Shown here one piece after another: positions 54,566-64,000 of a DNA stretch of 64,000 bases (within the stretch, counting starts at the first letter, position 1; each line of letters starts with the position of its first letter). The notes under the pieces are model-generated. The model saw nothing but the letters and a program-made list of their open reading frames with translations, ran no database searches and was not told where the DNA came from. Origin of the DNA: Eledone cirrhosa (Eukaryota). Made by a program: the position numbers and the translations under genes. Location: the NCBI GenBank assembly GCA_964016885.1, contig OZ024756.1:39618001-39682000 (forward strand), read 5' to 3'.

Positions 54566-55051
54566 CAACAACCATAACAACATTCACAGCGAAATTTTAG
54601 GACTCGAGATTATGGTACAAGACACTTAAGATGGTGCGAAATGTTTCTCAAAGGCGAAAGCGCGTAATTACGAAATTTGTTTTATTATTATTATCCATAA
54701 AACACACAAAGTTGTGCTTGTACATATATCCCATATCCTCATCCTAGTATCTTAGCCACTCGGCCAGCTATGCCTATCTATAATATTATATAGATGAAAA
54801 ATACTGCTTCACTTTTATATATGCGTTTCTTATTGATAAATATTATTAATATATATATATAGGTTCTTTGAAAGTGGCGATAATTTTTTTTATTCTATAT
54901 TATAAATTTTTTTTTTGGGGGGGGGGGTGTTCAATTATGCAATAAACGGGAGTCCAGAAATATCTAATTGAATTTGGCTTACCATTCCGTTTTGAGATAG
55001 AATTGATTTATCCTAGATCAAGAACATCCATAATTTACGACCGTCACTGCT

Positions 55052-55146
<95 letters not shown>

Positions 55147-55169
55147 CCCTGGATATCTGTAGGGACGGT

Positions 55170-55200
<31 letters not shown>

Positions 55201-56969
55201 TATATCTGTGTGTATATGTGTATGTGTATTGTATTATGTGTGTGTGTGTGTGTATGTAATATATATACAAGAAAATGAAGTTGAAGCTGCAATTGGGGTC
55301 TTTAAGACGGTTTATATACAATAATGTTTAACTTTACCGGTTTCACAAGTTTCAGGATTTTCAAACGTTAAACGACATAACTAATTCAAGGAAACTAAGA
55401 TCAAAAGCTCTCCTGCCATGACCAACCTGTCTTTTCTCAGTTAATTCCTATTTGGCAGATGGTATTGCAGTCGTGGCCTCCTTGTCATTTGGGGGTGCGG
55501 TATGAGATTTAAGACAGATTTGCTTATTACATGTTATAGTGTGGTGTAGTGTAATGTGGTGTGGGGTGGTGCTGTGTGGTGTGCAGTGTGGTGTAATGTG
55601 GTGTGGAGTGGTGTGGAGTGGTGTGGTTTAGTGTAGTGATGATATGGTGGAGTGTGTTGTTGTGTGGTGTAGTTTGATGCTGGTGTTATGAAGTGTGGTG
55701 GCGACATGGTGTGATACGGTGTGATGTGGTGTAGTGCGGTGATGATGTTATGTCGTGTGGTGTAGTGTAGTATGCTGTGATATGGTGATGGTGTGGTGTA
55801 GTTTGATCATGTTATGTGGTGATGTTGTGGCGTGGTGTAGTATGGGATAATATGGTGATGGTGTGGTATGAATCATCGGCCACAATATCATGTGAAAATA
55901 ACGATATGATTAACGAGATACAACACAGCGTGTTAAAGTTTAACGGGTTTCGTATGATATTGCGCTGTACTGTATCGTGCTGAGGGATTTAATCTGATGG
56001 TCTGAGACTCTCTGCTGTACTGTTTAATAGCATCTTCTCGTGTAGCAAGAAAGAGGAGAACATTATGTACTTCGTACCTCAGCAGAATCTGAAGCTTTAT
56101 TATATCTCTATTTTTTATATTTGATATTTTTGCCTTTTTTCACAACACTTTAACCAATACCCGCTCTTTCCTTCTATAATGTTTTTCTTGATTTCTTTCC
56201 TTTACTAATTTTTTTTTTTCACATAACTTTAACCAATACCCGCTCCTTCCTTTTAGTTTGTTTTTCTTGGCTTCTTTCCTTTCCTAATTATTTTTCTCCT
56301 TTCGTTAGCACTTTATCATCGTTTCTCTATTCACTGCTTTTAGAAGTATATTTTATATTTTTACTCTTCTTTTATTCTGTTTTAACTGTCTTTTTCTTTT
56401 CTTTTTTATATTTGTCTTCCCTTTATTTTTTTTATTAAGTATTTTCTTTTCTTTCTCACCAGTTACATCCAACTGACTTTTTACTACTGATCCGTGTAAT
56501 ACAAATAAATTCATATTTTATGAGATTTTTATAGCCAACTGCCAATTCGAAATTAAATGAATCAACATACGGATGAGAATTTACATATAATCGATAAAAT
56601 ATGTTGGATGGACTAGCAGAGCTTTTTGGTTTAATGATAGACAACTTCTAATCTCACTTCCGGAGAGGAAAACATTATACGGCTGACTTTAAACCCAAGC
56701 ATTGGATTATATGGGAATTAGTTTATCTTCAATATACTGTGAAATAAAAACCAAACTGGAGCAGATTCAAGAGAAACTGGAAGTGTATCAATTGCATATT
56801 TTCGTGCATTAAATTGCTTTCCTTTTGGTTTCTCTTAAGCTCATCTTCTTCAATACTTAACTTCAAAGTTTCTAAAGATGATCGAGCTAATACGGTGTCT
56901 GACTAATGAGCTAAGATCAATCGAGGATTTATATCCTGTCTCTAGAGCTGCGCTATTTTTATAGTCGAG

Positions 56970-57550
56970 ATACTTAAATATCACTAGCCTGACCAGTTAT
57001 AGATGCCATACTGTAGATAAGGTTTATTTTTATAAACAGCGGAAAAGTTGAATAATTCTCAAGTGATTCGTGAGTTTTCGGTGCCGATTTCATTTCCTCG
57101 TGCATTTTCACAGATTGCAGTTTGATTTTAAGTAATACTATCGCCGTTACGTCAGAACAAGTCGATAGTCTAAATCTGTAGCTTAATTTTAGCATAAACT
57201 TCCATTAATGATTTGATGTAAGGAGCTGCAAAGAATTAATTTGTAATCGTTTAACTTTACACCCATAAAGAAAAGAAAAACTCGTTAGTGCTAATGGCGT
57301 TTGTTTTTCTTTCGTTGAAGGTAAATGAGAAAACTAGGAACTTTAAACTGATTAAGAATTAAATTTAGACATGAGCCGAAGAACATGTCTATCTTTAGAT
57401 ACATTTCAGGGATAACTGTGAGCAAGTTTCAGCGTCGTTGTATTCATACATTTTAGGTGAAATATAGTCTAACACGTACTTCTTAGTTCATAGATCCTCT
57501 TTGAGGAGACGAGGGTTTTTGGTGAAGATTATAGTCTTGGTAAACCAAGT
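56970..57550 (-). pseudogene. Possible highly decayed Penelope-like RT
   Basis: Minus strand gives LPRL*SSPK (compare PRLYGLPK), then CSDVTAIV (compare SFDVTSLF), in plausible order. The match is weak. Confidence 0.25.
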
Positions 57551-57674
57551 GAAGTTTTAAACCCTTCATACAATTAATATGGAGATAGATAAATAAAACA
57601 AGAATCATTGAGATCAATAAACTCAGTATCAAACTAAAGGCTGAGATCAATAAAGTAGGACCAACTCCTTAAAA

Positions 57675-57858
57675 AATTTCGAATAATAGAGACCTTTTCA
57701 CCAAACCTTTAAAAGTTCGAATGATAGAGACCTTTTCACCAAACCTTTAAAAAGTTCGAATGATAGAGATCTTTTCCCCAAACCCTTAACAAGTTTGAAT
57801 GATAGAGACCTTTTTACTAAACCCTTAAAAGGTTCGAATGATAGAGACTTTTTCACCA
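57675..57858. repeat. 38-39-bp tandem repeat, about 5 copies
   Basis: Unit gaatgatagagaccttttcaccaaacctttaaaagttc. Confidence 0.85.
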
Positions 57859-58889
57859 TCATTTTATATTTTTAATTTAAATGTCAACAGGCTGCCTACT
57901 CTGAACAAAATGGTCTTCATTAACCGAAATCGTATTCTTGGTTGCATCAAGAAGCCAAAATTTTAGAACACTAAGTATGCTCGTGTCCAGTTTACTATTT
58001 AGTTTTTGGGAAGCGAGCGACCCTGGGGAATTTTCCCCGGTCATTCTTTTACGAAATTCCACCCAACTCTGTCTTCTTTAGAATTATTATAAGAATATCA
58101 ACAACTGTGAAGGATTTCCCCACGACTAAAAGTTATATTACATTTTAAACAACAAACCATTTGCCAAGGGAATTATCTGGTCGCTTGACGAGCTAGAAAT
58201 AGTAGTTTAAAACTAAATTTTAAAAAATGGAGATGAAGGATGTGTTGAATAGTGTAGTCTCTGATACACAAAATGACAAAATCATTCTAGCCAGGGTGCT
58301 TTTGATGATGTGCTGTGGTTCTGGATATACAACAGCAACAGCAACTATCCATCAGCTACCAAAATAAGCAGCGAGTTACTATAACAACTTTACATTGGTT
58401 CCGTGTGATGCTTTACGACGTATATTATAGATTAAAGAAAAATAAATATATGAGCTTGGATGATTATATTGTCAGAATATACAAGAAAAAGAGAACAAGC
58501 GACTGATGACTATTTTGTGAATTTCTAGTTGAATAGATTTGATATGGCTCAGAAGATAGAGAGAAGAGACAGACTAGAGTTTAGACAATATGATCATTTT
58601 ATATATTTACAATAAGGTCGTCAATTTCTGCCATTCCATTGAGACTCAATAAAACAAGCAAAAGTATTATGATTGATTGAGTTAATAGACCGAATATTTG
58701 CCTGTTGTTTTTTTAGAAGCGATGTGCATATAGTGGCACAAAACATCAATATTCGAGATACACACATACACACATACATGTGTGTGTATGTGTGTGTGAG
58801 TGTGTGTGTGTGTGTGTGCCTCTGTCTGTGTGTGTGGTGTGTGGTATGTGTGAGTGTCTGTGGTGCGTGAGTAGTTGTGTGTTTGTGTC

Positions 58890-58924
<35 letters not shown>

Positions 58925-59006
58925 GGGTGTGTATTTGTGTGTGTATGTGTGTCTGTGTGTCAGTGTGTGTATATATATGTGTGTACACATGTGTGTGTAT
59001 GTGTGC

Positions 59007-59071
<65 letters not shown>

Positions 59072-59654
59072 GTGTGTGCGTGTGGCTTTGTGTGTCTGCA
59101 TGTGTGTAAAGATAAATGTGCAATCTGTTTGGTTGACGAGAAACAGAGATTGTAATCTTGAAATGTTCAGCGACTGGAAATAAAGTTATGGCAGTCAATT
59201 TTGGATATGATTTATTGATTTCTGGATATGAAAAGTGGAATGAAATATTTGGATTTAATAGAAACATATCCTCAAAGAAAATATTTAATTATTGAATGAA
59301 AAATATCGGTATGGTGTGTCAGATATTTGTCCTTGGAGACTAGACACGATAGAAGTCAAGTAAATATTACAACAGAATGAATTAATCTCTTTATGTTCCG
59401 AGTGTTTAATTTAAAACCTGCTGATTTGTTTCGATTGGAAAATTCATCTCATTCTATTCTAGGTGATATGTTCAAATCACATACAGAAGATTCACGTATA
59501 CAGATGTGTATATATTTTATTTGAGATGTGTATACATCTCATTCAACATGTATATATATATATATATATAATTCAATATGTGTATGTATTTCATTCAAGA
59601 TGTATATATATCCCATTGCAGATGTGTATATATCTCGTTCGAGGAGTAAATATT

Positions 59655-61051
59655 TCATTCAAGATGTATATATACCTCAGTCGAGATGTATATATACCTC
59701 AGTCGAGATATATATATACCTCAGTCGAGATGTATATATACCTCATTCAAGATGTATATATACCTCATTCAAGATGTATATATACCTCCTTCTAGATGTA
59801 TATATACCTCAGTCGAGATGTATATATACCTCATTCAAGATGTATATATACCTCAGTCGAGATGTATATATACCTCAGTCGAGATATATATATACCTCAG
59901 TCGAGATGTATATATACCTCATTCAAGATGTATATATACCTCCTTCAAGATGTATATATACCTCAGTCGAGATGTATATATACCTCATTCAAGATGTATA
60001 TATACCTCATTCAAGATGTATATATACCTCCTTCAAGATGTATATATACCTCCTTCAAGATGTATATATACCTCATTCAAGATGTATATATACCTCAGTC
60101 GAGATGTATATATACCTCAGTCGAGATGTATATATACCTCAGTCGAGATATATATATACCTCATTCAAGATGTATATATACCTCAGTCGAGATGTATATA
60201 TACCTCAGTCGAGATATATATATACCTCAGTCGAGATGTATATATACCTCAGTCGAGATGTATATATACCTCAGTCGAGATGTATATATACCTCAGTCGA
60301 GATGTATATATACCTCAGTTGAGATGTATATATACCTCATTCAAGATGTATATATACCTCAGTCGAGATATATATATACCTCATTCAAGATGTATATATA
60401 CCTCAGTCGAGATATATATATACCTCAGTCGAGATGTATATATACCTCAGTCGAGATGTATATATACCTCAGTCGAGATGTATATATACCTCAGTCGAGA
60501 TGTATATATACCTCAGTCAAGATGTATATATACCTCATTCAAGATGTATATATACCTCAGTCGAGATGTATATATACCTCATTCAAGATGTATATATACC
60601 TCAGTCGAGATGTATATATACCTCATTCAAGATGTATATATACCTCAGTCGAGATATATATATACCTCATTCAAGATGTATATATACCTCAGTCGAGATG
60701 TATATATACCTCAGTCGAGATGTATATATACCTCAGTCGAGATGTATATATACCTCAGTCGAGATATATATATACCTCATTCAAGATGTATATATACCTC
60801 AGTCGAGATGTATATATACCTCAGTCGAGATATATATATACCTCATTCAAGATGTATATATACCTCAGTCGAGATGTATATATACCTCAGTCGAGATGTA
60901 TATATACCTCAGTCGAGATGTATATATACCTCAGTCGAGATATATATATACCTCATTCAAGATGTATATATACCTCAGTCGAGATGTATATATACCTCAG
61001 TCGAGATATATATATACCTCAGTCGAGATGTATATATACCTCATTCAAGAT
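59655..61051. repeat. 22-bp minisatellite with interspersed variants
   Basis: Units cctcagtcgagatgtatatata and cctcattcaagatgtatatata. Confidence 0.95.
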
Positions 61052-61243
61052 ATTATTGTTTCTAAATTTGGCACAAAGCCGGCAACAATTATCCCAGTGC
61101 ATTACTGGTACTTTGTTTTATCGACCCCGTAAGGATGAAAGCCAAAGTTAACCTCGGCAGGATTTGAACTCAGACCGTAAAGGGCCATAACTCTTTGCTG
61201 CAAAGCATGGCGTCAGACCCTCTACCGATACTGCCAATCCACC
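61051..61243 (-). mobile_element. SINE family S1
   Basis: Same motifs as 268-458. Confidence 0.85.
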
Positions 61244-61714
61244 GTCCGACCCGACCAAAATATTATGTTCCTATTAGCAAAACATTTGCATATTATGTCA
61301 ATAATATAGTTTTTAAGCCAGTTTTGCTGGATGATGTAAAAGAGACGTTAGTAAATAGTAAATAGATTATTTCAAGTTATATGGCTTGCTGTAACGTGGA
61401 ATATAGATGTTATTTAGAAGCATTATTCCAATTATAATTTAAACAGATTAGAAAGCCAAAACAATGCATCTTGATAAAAGAAGGAAAGAGAGGACAATAC
61501 AAATCTATAATTTATCAAAATACACTAAGTAGGCATTCTAATCCATAGAGATATCAACATATTGGAAATAGCCTTGGAGATTAACGAACTTTCTTATTGG
61601 AGGAATGTTTCACAATATGAAACCATAACAACTGCATATTTCTCCTCTTGTCCTTCGGAGCCTACAGAAAGCTTTGAATAATAATGTCGGGGGCGGGGTC
61701 TCTGTTTTTGAGTT

Positions 61715-62346
<632 letters not shown>

Positions 62347-62887
62347 ATATATTATATATTATATATTTATATAGAATATATCATTGTATTGTGTTGTGAA
62401 CGAGTATATGCTGTGAGAGTAGTCACACGTTGTTGTCATTTGACTCAATGCATAAATTTTAGACTCCATAGCGAATTGTCTAATAAATGTGTTTAATTGG
62501 TTTTTATTCATCTGCAACCAAGTTATATTTTTCTTTCTTTGGTTAATAGCATGTTCATACGATTTTGTTCAAAATTAATATGCTTAAATTCGTAGTGAAC
62601 ATTTATGAAATAGTTCTCAAAGTAATGAATGAAAGCTCTCTCTTCATTCAATGGCAGCGTTTGGTGGAAATTCAATATGTCTATCTGTTAGCCATTGGAA
62701 CTACATTGTTCTTGTATTTCATATACGTTCATATATAGAGTGTGATTTAATTCTAACATTCCTCAAATGGAATCTCGGCAAATAATTTAATCTTTAAATG
62801 TGTGAATACATGTTCTAGTACGATGGATAGAAGACAATTTTCTTTTGTCAAATACATGCATACATTCTTACATATATACATATATAC

Positions 62888-63496
62888 ATGGTGGCTGCCA
62901 ACTCGTTTTCGAGTACGGCCACTACTTTATATCCATGTAGGAGAACCCCTACCGATGCGCTGAACGAATGTGACTTTTTAGTCCAGCCAGCGACTTGAAA
63001 ACTCTGGTACAAAGACTACACTTGTGACCATTATTGACACATAGTGCAGGGGCCATGGTACCATGTGATGACAAGTGCAGAGAGATCTCCAGATATAAAG
63101 AAATGCCTGTGCTGTGAAGCTTTTATAGTGAGCAAAGGCACTGCACAAAGCCAGTCCCACTCTCTTAACCAAGATGATATTTACCAAAACGAAGAACAAG
63201 TCAACATCATTGGATACCGTCAGGGTTGCAGGTGTTATATCAGAGTTTTCCTTCTCCTAGAATTCTGCCTTGACAAAGGCTAAGGGGTCATCTCTCCCGG
63301 TGATTTTGGATGGCTATTGACTCTTAAGAGCTCCCTTGCCCTTTGACAGGTTTTGTTTTTAGTCCTGCAGGATGTCCAAAGTCACCCTCCTCACCAAGAA
63401 ACCTTGGTGGGGTTGCCAGTTTAGTCGCCAACGACCCGACCATGAGACAGGTTGTACTGGAATACATGTTACCAGTAGCACCAAGTGGTGACCTGA
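62888..63496 (-). mobile_element. Non-autonomous RTE derivative, copy 3 (longest)
   Basis: Near-identical to 9413-10007, with an additional 5' extension of about 12 bp. Confidence 0.85.
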
Positions 63497-64000
63497 CATA
63501 CATACATACATACATACATACATACATACATACATACATACATACATACATACATACATACATACATACACACATACATGAATGCATACATGAACGCATA
63601 CATACATACATATATTCGTACGTACATAATGCGTACATACATATATACACACATACAAATATATGAAGGAAAGAGTATATATATATATGTAAATATTATA
63701 TATATATATATATATATGGGTGTGTGTGTAAGTATGTATGTGATTACATGTGCATATATTTGATTCTGTGTGTGTATGTGTAAGTGTACGTATATGTGTA
63801 TGTGTATGTGAATGTGTATGTGTAAGTGTTTGTGTGTTGACAATTGCTTCTAGAGCTGGTAACAATAAAATCACACATTACTTACGTTCGTTTGTTATAT
63901 TTAATGTTACATGTCGAAATATTAATAGTATTATATATAAATAAATACTAATGGCTTCATTTATGCACCTTCTTCATCGTGTTCATTTGTCAGTGATATA

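Noticed and set aside
59528-61151. Long ORFs in all three plus frames
   Set aside because: They come from a 22-bp minisatellite lacking stop codons.

Overview
AT-rich, microsatellite-saturated eukaryotic non-coding DNA. The SINE and LINE repertoire suggests an octopus/coleoid cephalopod; this is an inference. I can support no host protein-coding exon, and almost all listed ORFs are read-throughs of simple repeats. The window holds: tRNA-headed SINEs (about 11 Nin-domain-type copies plus an OK/CORE-like family); 3' fragments of RTE, R4/Dong-like and CRE-like non-LTR retrotransposons; a three-copy non-autonomous RTE derivative; a Tc1/mariner remnant; several minisatellites; and Penelope-like (PLE) RT and GIY-YIG remnants. 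The most notable signal is a set of unrelated short elements abutting (TA)n tracts. Most carry a type-I hammerhead-ribozyme (HHR) motif, canonical or core-variant, and many are fold-back inverted repeats whose turn-point lies in or next to a predicted ribozyme helix. All folds and alignments were done by eye, and coordinates may be off by a few bases.
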